A DNA stretch of 64,000 bases from Pecten maximus. Taxonomy: Eukaryota. The stretch is from NCBI RefSeq assembly GCF_902652985.1, contig NC_047016.1, positions 25,234,001-25,298,000 on the forward strand, written 5' to 3'. The notes beneath the pieces are model-generated. The model did no database searches. It was not told the DNA's origin and worked only from the letters and a program-made list of their open reading frames with translations. This document shows positions 1 through 12,500 of the stretch, one piece after another (positions within the stretch are counted from its first letter, which is position 1; every line of letters starts with the position of its first letter). The position numbers and the translations under genes are program-made.

Positions 1-1343
1 TTGGTCGGGATCATATCAGGATCATCTCAGGCAAGTTTCAGCTCAACAGCACTGATGGAACTTGAGAAGAAGTTTAAAATGTGTTTTTCAAGATGGCGGC
101 CATCTTGGATTTCGGACCGACCCGAAAATAACAACACTTGGTCGAGATCATATCAGGATCATTTCAGGCAGGTTTCAGCTCAATAGCACTGGTAGAACTT
201 GAGAAGAAGTTTAAAATGTGTTTTTCAAGATGGCGACCTCAGCGGCCATCTTGGATTACGGACCGACCCGAAAAATAACAACACTTGGTTGGGATCATAT
301 AAGGATCATCTCAGGCAAGTTTCAGCTCAAAAGCACTGGTGGAAGTTGAGAAGAAGTTTAAAATGTGTTTTTCAAGATGGCGGCTATGGCGGCCATCTTG
401 GATTTCGGACTGATCTAAAAAATAACAACACTTGGTCGGGATCATATCAGGATCATTTCAGGCAAGTTTCAGCTCAATAGCACTGGTGAAACTTGAGAAG
501 AAGCTTTAAATGTGTTTTTCAAGATGGCGGCTATGGCGGCCATCTTGGATTTCGGACCGACCCGAAAAATAACAACACTTGGTCGGGATCATATCAGGAT
601 CATCTCAGGCAAGTTTCAACTCAAAAGTACTGGTGGAACTTGAAAAGAAGTTTAAAATGTGTTTTTCAAGATGGCGGCTATGGCGGCCATCTTGGATTTC
701 GGACCGACCCGAAAAATAACAACACTTGGTCGGGATCATATCAGGATCATTTCAGGCAAGTTTCAGCTCAATAGCACTGGTGGAAGTTGAGAAGAAGTTT
801 AAAATGTGGTTTTCAAGATGGCGGCTATGGCGGCCATCTTGGATTTTGGACTGATCTAAAAAATAACAACACTTGGTCGGGATCATATCAGGATCATTTC
901 AGGCAAGTTTCAGCTCAATAGCACTGGTGAAACTTGAGAAGAAGTTTTAAATGTGTTTTTCAAGATGGCGGCTATGGCGGCCATCTTGGATTTCAGACCG
1001 ACCCGAAAAATAACAACACTTTGTCGGGATCATCTCAGGATCATTTCTGGCAAGTTTCAGCCCAACAGCAGTGGTGGAACTTGAGAAGAAGTTTAAAATG
1101 TGTTTTCAAAATGGCGGCTATGGCGGCCATCTTGGATTTCGGACCAACCCGAAAAATAACAACACTTGGTCAGGACCATCTCAGGATCATTTCTGGCAAG
1201 TTTCATGTGAATCCCACTGGTGGAACTTGAGAAGAAGATTGAAATGTGAAAAGTTTACGGACGGCGCACGGCGCACGGCGGACGACGACGGACGAAGCAC
1301 GATGGCTATAGGTCATCCTGACCCTTCGGGTCAGATGACCTAA
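1..1343 (+). mobile_element. Non-autonomous Helentron/HINE-type element carrying a 147-bp tandem satellite array (5' part outside window)
   Basis: About 8.5 tandem 147-bp units (repeat ORFs recur every 294 bp), then a (GACG)n-like tract at ~1256-1295, then a terminal hairpin taggtcatcctgaccc-ttc-gggtcagatgaccta (1309-1342). Same architecture as the complete element at 2701-4972. Confidence 0.8.
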
Positions 1344-1364
1344 TAAAAATTACCATCACTTCAA

Positions 1365-1901
1365 CTGCCCTGCAGGTAGGGCGTAAGAATTGTACCTGCT
1401 GCCCCCATTGCATGATCGTAAGAGGCGACTAAACTTGGGATCTTATCTTTTCTCTTCTTTCTTGATAACTTTCTTCTTCCTAATGTCTCCCTTGACAATG
1501 CCTCACTTTTGGCCTTTAGTTGAGCGTTCGCCGCTGTGAGGAAGGTTTTGGGTTCTGTCCCCTAGCCGAGACATACCAGAGTCTTTAAAAATGGTAGTTG
1601 CTACTCCTGCTTAGCGCTCAGCATATTTGGAGTGGGACGACTGGTTGGCCCGTTGTCAGTATAATGTGACCGGGTGGGGTGTGCTGCTGGGTGTCTTCGG
1701 CAGTATGCTTCAGTGAGATAGCACTTTAAATCGGCAAAAGTTCCGGCCTATCACAAGGAGACTTAACACGAACATACCGCAGCCTCCCAAAACACACATA
1801 CGCACTCACCACACTCATACATGTCGCACGCACGGGAGGCCGTCCTTAAATGACCTTAGATGTTAATAGGACGTTAAACAAAATAAACCAAACCAAACCA
1901 A
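1365..1901 (+). mobile_element. Full-length SINE (Meta-core-like) with ~145-bp 5' extension and LINE-derived tail
   Basis: TSD accatcacttcaa at 1352-1364 and 1902-1914. Degenerate tRNA-like region ~1510-1570; core ctttaaaaatggtagttgctactcctgcttagcgctcagca; (AAACC)n tail. Near-identical copy at 16672-17208. Confidence 0.85.
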
Positions 1902-1971
1902 ACCATCACTTCAATATTTATATAAAGCTGGCATTTAATCCTCGTCTCATAGTTAATCTATTGGTATTTAC

Positions 1972-4900
1972 CTTTGTGTGTGCAGTTTTTGAAAATAGCA
2001 GGATCCCCTTGATAGTCTTTCTTACACTTATCGCAGGAAAATCCTGTTGTGTTATGTCGGCAGTCAATGCACTCTCCTAAAGTAAAAACCATTTTGATTA
2101 ATAATAATCCTTTTTAAAATCAAATTACATGACAAGTTTTTCTTTTCTTTTCTATTTCAAAGATTATCCTTCCTTACATTGTCTGTAAACATTATCTCTA
2201 ATTAATACTGTATCCTTTGTGTATGTATCATTTTACCTGTATACTAGCTGTTCATATCATTTTACCTGTACATAGTTTGTACATTTTTAACAGCATACAG
2301 GTTGAACATTATTGTCTTAATAACTGTAAACAGGTTGTACATAATTATCTTACCTGTGTAAAGGTATAAAGGGCGCACATATAATCTTACCTGTTTACAT
2401 GTTGGAGTTACAGATAGTTACATGCATACATACTCAGATTGTACATGTCTTCTCATCTGACTACAGATACATATCATCTTATATGGAGATTTGGGGCCGC
2501 GGTGGCCAAGTGGTTAAGGTGTCCCGACACTTTAACACTAGCCCTCCACCTCTGGGTTGCGAGTTCGAAACCTAAGTGGGGCAGTTGTCAGGTACTGACC
2601 GCAGGCCGGTGGTTTTTCTCCGGGTACTCCGGCTTTCCTCCACCTCCACATCCTGGCACGTCCTTAAATGACCCTGGCTGTTAATAGGACGTTAAACAAA
2701 AACAAGGGCCCAATGGGCCCAAATCGCTCACCTGCAATGCAGTGATCTTTTCATATATGGATCCTGCAGTTATTTGAAAGCATGCTACAGGACCAATATA
2801 ATGTCTCTCTGCACTTTGGCTTTTCACTAAAAGTCATTTAAAGATTTAAGCATACTTGATTGACGTGACCTTGAATGAAGGTCAAGGTCATTCATTTGAA
2901 CAAACTTGGTAGCCCTTCACCCCAGCATGCTACAGACCCAATATCAACTCCCTGGGACTCTTGGTTATTGAGAAGAAGTTGTTTAAAGATTTTAGCCTTT
3001 TTGACCCCTGTGACCTTGAATGAAGGTCAAGGTCATTCATTTGAACAAACTTGGTAGCCCTTTTCCCCAGCATGCTACAGACCCAATATCAACTCTCTGG
3101 GACTCTTGGTTATTGAGAAGAAGTCGTTTAAAGATTTTAGCCTTTTTGACTCCTGTGACCTTGAATGAAAGTCAAGGTCATTCATTTGAACAAACTTGGT
3201 AGCCCTTCACCCCAGCATGCTACAGGCCAAATATTAGGGTCTCTGGGACTCTTGGTTATTGAGAAGAAGTCGTTTAAAGATTTTAGCCTTTTTGACTCCT
3301 GTGACCTTGAATGAAAGTCAAGGTCATTCATTTGAACAAACTTGGTAGCTCTTTACCCCAGCATGCTACAGGCCAAATATTAGGTCTCTGGGACTCTTGG
3401 TTATCGAGAAGAAGTCGTTTAAAGATTTTAGCCTTTTTGGCCCCTGTGACCTTGAATGAAGGTCAAGGTCATTCATTTGAACAAACTTGGTAGCCCTTCA
3501 CCCCAGCATGCTACAGGCCAAATATTAGGTCTCTGGGACTCTTGGTTATTGAGAAGAAGTCGTTTAAAGATTTTAGCCTTTTTGACTCCTGTGACCTTGA
3601 ATGAAAGTCAAGGTCATTCATTTGAACAAACTTGGTAGCCCTTCACCCCAGCATGCTACAGACCCAATATCAACTCCCTGGGACTCTTGGTTATTGAGAA
3701 GAAGTCGTTTAAAGATTTTAGCCTTTTTGACTCCTGTGACCTTGAATGAAGGTCAAGGTCATTCATTTGAACAAAATTGGTAGCCCTTTACCGCAGCATG
3801 CTACAGACCCAATATCAACTCCCTGAGACTCTTGGTTATTGAGAAGAAGTCGTTTAAAGATTTTAGCCTTTTTGACTCCTGTGACCTTGAATGAAAGTCA
3901 AGGTCATTCATTTGAACAAACTTGGTAGCCCTTTACCCCAGCATGCTACAGGCCAAATATTAGGCCTCTGGGACTCTTGGTTATTGAGAAGAAGTCGTTT
4001 AAAGATTTTAGCCTTTTTGACTCCTGTGACCTTGAATGACGGTCAAGGTCATTCATTTGAACAAACTTGGTAGCCCTTCACCCCAGCATGCTACAGACCC
4101 AATATCAACTCCCTGGGACTCTTGGTTATTGAGAAGAAGTTGTTTAAAGATTTTAGCCTTTTTGACCCCTGTGACCTTGAATGAAAGTCACGGTCATTCA
4201 TTTGAACAAACTTGGTAGCCCTTCACCCGAGCATGCTACAGACCCAATATCAACTCCCTGGGACTCTTGGTTATTGAGAAGAAGTCGTTTAAAGATTTTA
4301 GCCTTTTTGACTCCTGTGACCTTGAATGAAAGTCAAGGTCATTCATTTGAACAAACTTGGTAGCCCTTCACCCCAGCATGCTACAGACCCAATATCAAGT
4401 CCCTGGGACTCTTGGTTATTGAGAAGAAGTCGTTTAAAGATTTTAGCCTTTTTGACTCCTGTGACCTTGAATGAAGGTCAAGGTCATTCATTTGAACAAA
4501 CTTGGTAGCCCTTCACCCCAGCATGCTACAGACCCAATATCAAGTCCCTGGGTCTTTTGGCTATTTAGAAGAAGTCGTCTAATTTTTTTTTAGCCTTTTT
4601 GACTCCTGTGACCTTGAATGAAAGTCAAGGTCATTCATTTGAACAAACTTGGTAGCCCTTTACCCCAGCATGCTACAGACCCAATATCAACTCCCTGGGA
4701 CTGTTGGTTGTTGAGAAGAAGTCGTTTGAAGATTTTAGCCTTTTTGACTCCTGTGACCTTGAATGAAGGTCAAGGTCATTCATTTGAACAAACTTGGTAG
4801 CCCTTCACCCCAGCATGCTACAGGCCCAATATTAGGTCTCTAGGCCTTTTGGTTATTGAGAAGAAGTTGCTTGAATGGAAAGTTGACGCCGGCCGGACGG

Positions 4901-7900
4901 CCGGACGGCCGGACGGACGACGGACGCCGCGCCACGGCATAAGCTCACTTGCCCTTCGGGCAGGTGAGCTAACAAACCAAACCAAATATGGAGATTTATA
5001 TATAAATCTTACCTGTATATGGATTGCATTTGTCACTGTTCCCTCTGCAGGCACATGGTCTACATCTGTCTGAGGTTCCATGACGGAAATAACCCGGAGA
5101 ACACTTGTGACATAGATTCCCAGCATATCCCTGCTTGCATCTATCACAGTACAGGAACTCCTCCTCTGTAAACAATATAGTTAATACATGACAATTCTGT
5201 GTATTTTCATGATCAAATATAAGTCAGAAATAGACTGCCAGGACTATATTATCTAGTTATGATATACATTGTTTCAAACTTGTATACTACTTGCACAACT
5301 ATCATAGTATTGCACTCAGAGAGAAAACAATATTTTTCAAAGTTTATCAAATTATTAATGACAGTACAGTCTTGACACACAACAGAATTTGTTTAATGCA
5401 ATATAGTAATTATCTGCATGTAGTAATTATCATAAGCTAATATATTTATGGCACAGACATAGATGTAAAATATTATTGATGTTTTCCATAATTCATCATA
5501 GCAAGTAAACTCTATTTATTTAATGATTAACATATTTTCAGTTCTCCTGAAACTCCTACTTACTGAAATGACAGGAACTAGTGGAAGCATCCTCATCACA
5601 AGGACACTTCCAACAAGGGAGTCCCACAGCATTCCTGTAGTAGCCCACAGCACACTGCTCACAGAACAGGCCCCCAAAACCAGTGCGACATGGGCACCAT
5701 ACCTTTGTGGTGAAGTTACACATAGTGTTTCCAGGTTCTGTTCCAAATGTGTCACATCGACAACCTGTTAAAACACAGATTCTAGATCTGAAATATAGTT
5801 CAAGTCAAATACCTAAAACTAAAAAAAAGGTATTCTTTATATTATACATCCAACTGTACAATATCAAGTATTATTTCATACAAGAAAGAGGGAGAAAATT
5901 AGAAGACCAATTACGTGAAATTTTAGTTCCACACTATCTGTAAGAAGAGTTGTACTTACGTTTGGTGGTATCATAATTGGTTGTAAAATATGAGGTGTTA
6001 GATGTGAGAATCTTTTCCCCAATATAAACAGCAGACACATTGAGTCTGTAGGTAGTGTTAGGGACGAGTCCCTGTAGGTATAGTCCTGTCACAGTCTGAT
6101 TCACCTCCTGCTCACTATAATTAGCTGAAATGTACAACAGTGTCTGTGTGGCAAATAAACATAATATGTATGTCTGTCATTATGTCTAGCTTCTGAAACA
6201 GAATTTCAAGATAGAAAATGTTATGTAACTAATTATAAGAAGATAAAAATTTACAGTCAATATATATGTACAACAAAGAGCTTTTTTATTAATATAAAAA
6301 AAGTGAGCGAAAAAAAAAAAATAAAAACTGGTTAGTTGACCTTCAAATCTAAACTGTAATGATAGGTGAATACATTAATCTAGTAATATATATAATATAC
6401 TAAATTCAAATAAATATGTGACAAAAATGGAAACTATAGTAAACCACAATATATAATACATTGGATTTGGAGGATATGAATTAATATGGGGTTACATGCA
6501 ACATGTAAAATGGTAATCCAATCAACATTTTGGTCAAGTGATCATGAGCTAAAAATATAGATTATATTAAAACCAAGAAATGTAATATAAACAGATTGAA
6601 CATTATCACGTTCAAAAAATGAAAACTTACTTGACTGGTCGGGCCACCATTTCACAACGTATCTAATCAAATGACCACTGTGGAAGTCAACAACATCTTT
6701 TTCTTTGAGTGGTTGTTTGTTATCGGAGTCATTATACAAGACATATTTAGGTGTCCATGGTGTCCATATGGTAACATTGTGATGATGCTGTGTAGATGTA
6801 TAGCCTGCTGATGAAGCATTTGTTTGTTGTTCAGAACCAGGTGCTGCAGAATCTACTGAAGGCAATGTTGTGTTTACATCCAGACTAGAACTGGAGTTTC
6901 CACTAGACAAGTCTACAATTGAACTGTTTGCAGACAAGGAATCATTGTTTGTCCCTAAAACAGAAATCACATCTGTTGTGTTATCAGAGATCTTGTTGTA
7001 TGTGTAAGGCACTTCTTTTTGTTTGTCCACAGTGTTGATGTTTGTACCACTGTCTGTTTTACCTGGTGCAGGCTCATTGGGGTCTCCAAATGTGTTATTG
7101 ATCTTCACATGGATGTATACTGGAGGTGCAAACCAATACACATAAGCATTCTTGTCAGCTACATAGCCAATTGATACATTCATGGGTGGATACAGCGTAA
7201 CATAGACACCTACAAAGTGTAGAAAAAAAATCAGTTGAAAATAACTACATAAAAGTAATTCAGATTGTTTCCAAAAATATATTCTTTATGTTCAAATACA
7301 AGTATAAATACTAAAGAACTATTTTGCTATGAAAAGACGCTAAAATAAATCATGCTTTGGGCAATTAGAGAGAAAAATAATACAGTATTCTGTGATACAA
7401 TCAGAGGCGATGTAAATGCCATCCTTGACCCCATGTGAAAATTAGATTATTTCTTAATTTAGGAAAATTAAGAAGCATGCTTTTCATCTGGGGTCAAGAA
7501 CACTAAAGAAGACAATGGTCATTGTAAACTATACATAATATATGAACTCATCAATCCTTAGCATATGTACATTTTCTCAATATCCCGTTGAGTCTATTTT
7601 ACTGTGAATGGTTCATGTATACGCCATATGGAATATTGCATACTGGAACATATGTTTTATTTATGAATTGTACAAATGAATTCAAATTAATTGGGAGTTT
7701 GGAAAATACATCTATTTCAAATAGATGTCGTATTAGGCACGGTATATCACGTCTATTTTGCGTGTTCATACTATTATTATGTCAATGCAGGAAACACATC
7801 ATATGCATTACATTTACCGTGATCCTGATCATGATATACTACCTGGTTGTCTGTATTATATATATCACCGATGTACAGTTTGTAATCAAAATAAAAGACA

Positions 7901-8194
7901 AGTCTTTCCAAACATTTTCTTTGGAATGCTGACTTAAATGTATATATTAATTCTAAGTGTGCCCATACAAAATGGAACACAACTGCAACACATTTAAATC
8001 CAATTTTATCAGTAAAACATCATAAGTCATCATACACGATGACAATAAACGGATTTCGTGATGTGTATAAATAGGATTGACTAAAAACAAAATCATTGTA
8101 TATAAGTTAACTTACCCGCATGTTCTCGCTGACATACGGACGGAACGAACAAAGTAACAAAAAAGCCACAAGCTATAGCAAAGATCAGAGGCAT
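1972..8194 (-). CDS. Secreted or membrane protein with one FN3 domain and laminin-type EGF repeats (MEGF9-like architecture); 3' end beyond window start
   Basis: Exons (minus): 8194-8116 (MPLIFAIACGFFVTLFVPSVCQREHA, signal peptide), 7209-6631, 6124-5960 (GLVPNTTYRLNVSAV, FN3), 5764-5564 (CPCRTGFGGLFCEQCAVGYY), 5165-5013 (CKQGYAGNLCHKCSPGYF), 2076-1972 (GECIDCRHNTTGFSCDKCKKDYQGDP). All introns GT-AG, phase 1. Confidence 0.85.
2493..4985 (+). mobile_element. tRNA-derived V-core SINE (body 2493-2700), tail interrupted by a HINE
   Basis: A box tggccaagtgg, B box gagttcgaaac, V-SINE-type core ggtttttctccgggtactccggctttcctcc. TSD atatggagattt at 2481-2492 and 4986-4997 brackets both the SINE and the nested element. 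Confidence 0.85.
2701..4972 (+). mobile_element. Complete HINE (non-autonomous Helentron-type) with ~14 x 145-bp internal satellite
   Basis: Left subterminal gctcacctg (2726-2734) is the reverse complement of right-end caggtgagc. 145-bp tandem units ~2866-4870, a GACG/GGCC microsatellite, and 3' hairpin agctcacttgcccttcgggcaggtgagct (4942-4970). Inserted in an A-rich (TT-target) site with no TSD. Confidence 0.85.
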
Positions 8195-9584
8195 TTCGAG
8201 GATATGTCAATATTTATCACAATAAAGACAAAATGAAAACAGAGACGGCTGCCCGAAGGTTTTTCTGCATTTTTATCTTCAACATTGAAGAGTTCTACTA
8301 AGGATGACAACTCCCAGGACATGCAATTATGACAAATATTGGTTTACTATCGATATGTTGCTTTTATGTCTTGGTTGTTGTCTGGACTTCTGTTATGTAA
8401 AGGAACTTGGAAAATAATAGAAAATAAATAGAATCAATCAAAATTATAAGTGTTAAATATTAGGCCTTCTGTACGTAGCCATAACATAATAATCATTATT
8501 TTCACAGTACATGTCTAACAGTAATATAATATTTTGATTCAGCATTCAATTTATCTTTAAACAATGTTTCAATGGAATATCATAATCGATATCGATTCTC
8601 AAAAAAAGATCAAATAAAAATGTTGTTTTACTATTATATAGCTTTAGTAAGTTTGAGAATGTTACTTGATCTTGAAGTCAAAATAAGTGACGAGACAATT
8701 TCAATATGGAAGAATGTTTCATGGTGAGGTTAAATCTTTTTCTGTTACATTATATAATTTATCATTAACATTTCTTTTAAACCATGTCTTACTATTAATA
8801 TACTATAATAAACGTGTACAGAGAACCTTTTATGGAAGTCATTATCTTGTCCCGAAAGGAGATTTACAAGTATTTTGTTTTAAAGCAATCGATAATTAAC
8901 GTTCATATACTGTCCAAATGTGTAATCTCCATGCAACATTAAGCATGACTACTAGAAGGTGTGTGCAAAGAATTGTATCAGAACAACTACTGGCCATAAA
9001 AACCCATTAAACCACTGTATAATAATACCACAGCTAGTAATGGATTGGCGTGACGTTTCATGACTCACATTCATGAATGCTTACCAATCTGAAGAAAATG
9101 TTTCATAATACCCTACCTACCACGAAAGGATGAAGAGCTTAAACTACCATTTTCTAAGATATGGTAGAACCAGACGCGATATGAAGAAGATATAGAAAAT
9201 GAAGAGAGGAAACAGAGGGTCTGTTACAACGGCAGCAGGACTTCAACTCACGTTCTGCAGGGACATATCCCCGGCCAGAGGATTTGCTCACAGAGAAAAA
9301 AAAACTGAAAAAATACACATTTACAGTAAATTTTCTTAATAATGAACCTTTTTAACCAAATATTTTTTGATTACATTGTTTCATTCTCCTTAACAGAATA
9401 ACACCCAAAAAATGTCTCGGGTGATGAAATCTAGGGTGGGAGAGCTAGGACACCTCCCTTTACCATGGTCATTTCACTATTTTCTTACTAATTAATATTT
9501 TTCACCAAATCTTTTTTTTTATTATTACCTTCATTCATTCCTCTTGACACATCAACACACACAAAATGTCTTTGGTCAAGGAAA

Positions 9585-12500
9585 GGACCTGTTACAGGTT
9601 ACATTGATTTTTGCCTACGAGCCAATTCAATAATTACCGGGTGATATTTGTAGTACTATATGAGACAACCCATGAACTATGTTTAAACAATTCAAAAGGT
9701 CCCAAGGGTCTGTTCTATGACCATTTTAATATCACCCTACATGGGAGTGTGACAGGGTTCCATTTTTAGTGAAAATAACGCACATTTAACTTTTTTTGCT
9801 TCAAAAAGTTATCATTTTCTTTAGAGTGATATTTACTGCAAATTATAGATGCATTTATGCAACAAAAAAAATATCTATTAGAAAAATTACACGATCTTAA
9901 ACCCCCAAAATACCTATATTTTTAAGCCAATGTCAAGCCATGTTCACTTTTTACGGAATTGGTAAAACTACTTCCGGTTCTTGTACACCCAAAATATTTG
10001 GCAATTATTTGAACAATTATGTTAAATATCTATGGTAAAAATTGAAAACCGGTAAAATTGTCATATATACAACAATCTGCAGGGAGGTAAATTTTCAAAA
10101 AGAATCCAATAACCATGTACATGTGTTATTATAAAATAACTATTCAACTAAACAGACACCATGTAATGTAAATTGCGCATAAATTCTTTCAATCAATCCA
10201 TTTTTTCCGCATAATGAGGCACATTAATAAGCTAATCTTGATGATAACACAAAAGGAACATTGTCAACATTTTATTGGCAATGTTTCAACTTTGTTTGTT
10301 TTTGTTTTGTTGTTGTTTTTTCAATGTCCTTTTTTTCTTATCAAAATATTGACAATGCAAAATAAATAATACAGCTTATATCTAAGTTTGGAAAGGTGGC
10401 AAGATGAAATGGACCTCCCTGCATGAAGCCCTCGACAACAAAATATTGTACTTGTGTGAACACTGTTCAGTAGTGTTCGCATTATCAGTTTAGTTATTCA
10501 AATTGCACTTGAGAATGAACACATCCTAACAGCAAATCATTAAGATGGATGATACATATATCATGCCTGGTTGTAAGGCAAGGTTTCGGGACATTAAAAA
10601 AGATTGCAAAACTGCTAGATCGTTAGACTCTCCACAAAATAATTGGTTGAAGTCTTTACTTCTTGCTGAAGGTCTTTCTGTCGAAAACGGCAGCAGGATG
10701 TGCATGAAATGCTATGTTCAACATGTAAGGAAAATACATCATTTAGAAACTCAAGATGAATCCCAGACTGATCAGGACTGGGAGGAGGAAGATGAAGTAA
10801 TTGACGAACCCCAACCTACTGCGCAACATAGCAGATCTGAAATATCCATCTTCTTCCCATCACAAATGTTCGGTTTGCCTTCAGTACAATGACGTATGTA
10901 CAATTATTCCAAGACCTCTCTGCTCATTAATAACAGACTTTCGTGTCCTCCTGATGCCCGCATTTGCCCCAAACATCTCATTGGAAGCTTTTTGCATCTA
11001 GATACTGAGGTCTCTATGCTTGAGCGAGTAGCATTGCAAAGTAAGCTTGACGAGGACAATGGCTCTGCGGTCGTAAATGACCTGCTTGAGATAATTCACG
11101 AAATATCCAAAGAATAGTGCCCCAAAATTAAGGTTAGCCACGCTCTCTGATTCTGACTGCCTCGCATGGACAGGGTGAAATGTAGAGCAATTCAGGGAAA
11201 TGATTCCTTTTTGCAAACCTGACATGCTAAGTGTCTTGGACGATTTCAGCTCTGAAGACTTGCTTCTTTTCTTCTGGGCAAAATTAAAAACTGGCCTGTA
11301 ATGGAGGAAATTGTCATATCTGACCACAAAATCCACAGCCTCGCTATCCAGGTAATTCCACAAGGTCATCGAGGCTCTGAACTTTTCCCTTGTGCCAAAA
11401 CACCTTGGTATAAATCATATAACACGCGAGGAAGCAATGCACCATAACACAGTGTTTACAAAAACGTTTTTAGCGACAAAGTGAGTGTAATCCTAGATAA
11501 AACTTACATTTACCTCAACAAAAGTTTCCACCATGCTTTTCAGAGGTCATCATATTGTGGACAGAAAAAAACACATTAACTCAAGTTTATGTCCATTGTT
11601 TCTTGCTGAGATGGGGTATGATGCAAAGATGCCATCCTTTCTGCCTGCTGGAAAATCCCAAGTTGATACATTCCAGGCAAATGAAGGCAGAACGTGTACC
11701 AAATCTCGTTGGGTTGTCGAGGCATACCATGGTCGTTTGAAGAAATGGATTTTGTTTAAATGTTCTCGTGCCAATTATTGGCAAACTTGTTCGCATTACA
11801 ACTGCATGTCTACATGCTTTCAGAGGACCAATACAGCGTGACACAAAAATGACCCAACGCATGATTTCAATGTCCAATAGTGACAATGCATGGGCCAAGC
11901 GTGTCGCAAATGATTCAACCATGACCCGTAGAGCTAAGAGTGAGTGGCAAAAGCTGGAGGCCTCACAATTTTTTAATTTCCAAGTCTGGACTTAGAGTAC
12001 CTGGAAACTCTGGCTTGCGGTACATACCAACTGAAGTTTGCACCTGGTTATATCACAGAACATCAGACAAATGATGGTGATTACGAAATGTGGGTATACC
12101 AGCATGCTAATGACATCATCAGAGGGCAAATCCACTCTCGTCACCGGTCTCAAACAAAGTCCAATGTTTGGATCCAGTTTGATTGTGATGCATTGGATGA
12201 TCCTGTCAATGCATACTATTGTGTGTGTCCTGCTAGAAAAAGAACATCAGGGATGTGTGCTCATGTGGCATCTTGTATTACCTTGGATATTATGTCCATT
12301 TAACAGATGCAAAAACTCTCCAGCCTTCGGCCCGAAAGTTCAGAGATAGCATTTTGTAATTTCATGAGGGTCGAAACTTGCACAGAGATTTGAAATTCAG
12401 AAAACAATACAACATAAACATTGGTATATGAACAACTACATGAAGGTGAAAACATTTTTTTGGATATCGAAGATAACCATTATCATTGATTTGTATAATG

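Noticed and set aside
1-4800. Many 60-98 aa repeated ORFs in the 147-bp and 145-bp arrays
   Set aside because: By-products of satellite periodicity inside an intron of a minus-strand gene; no coding signal.
9300-9584. Degenerate repeat continuing at 16377-16630 (host of the PHIS dimer), possibly an old HINE
   Set aside because: Only about two to three diverged units are visible and the ends cannot be identified; used only as evidence for the empty site.
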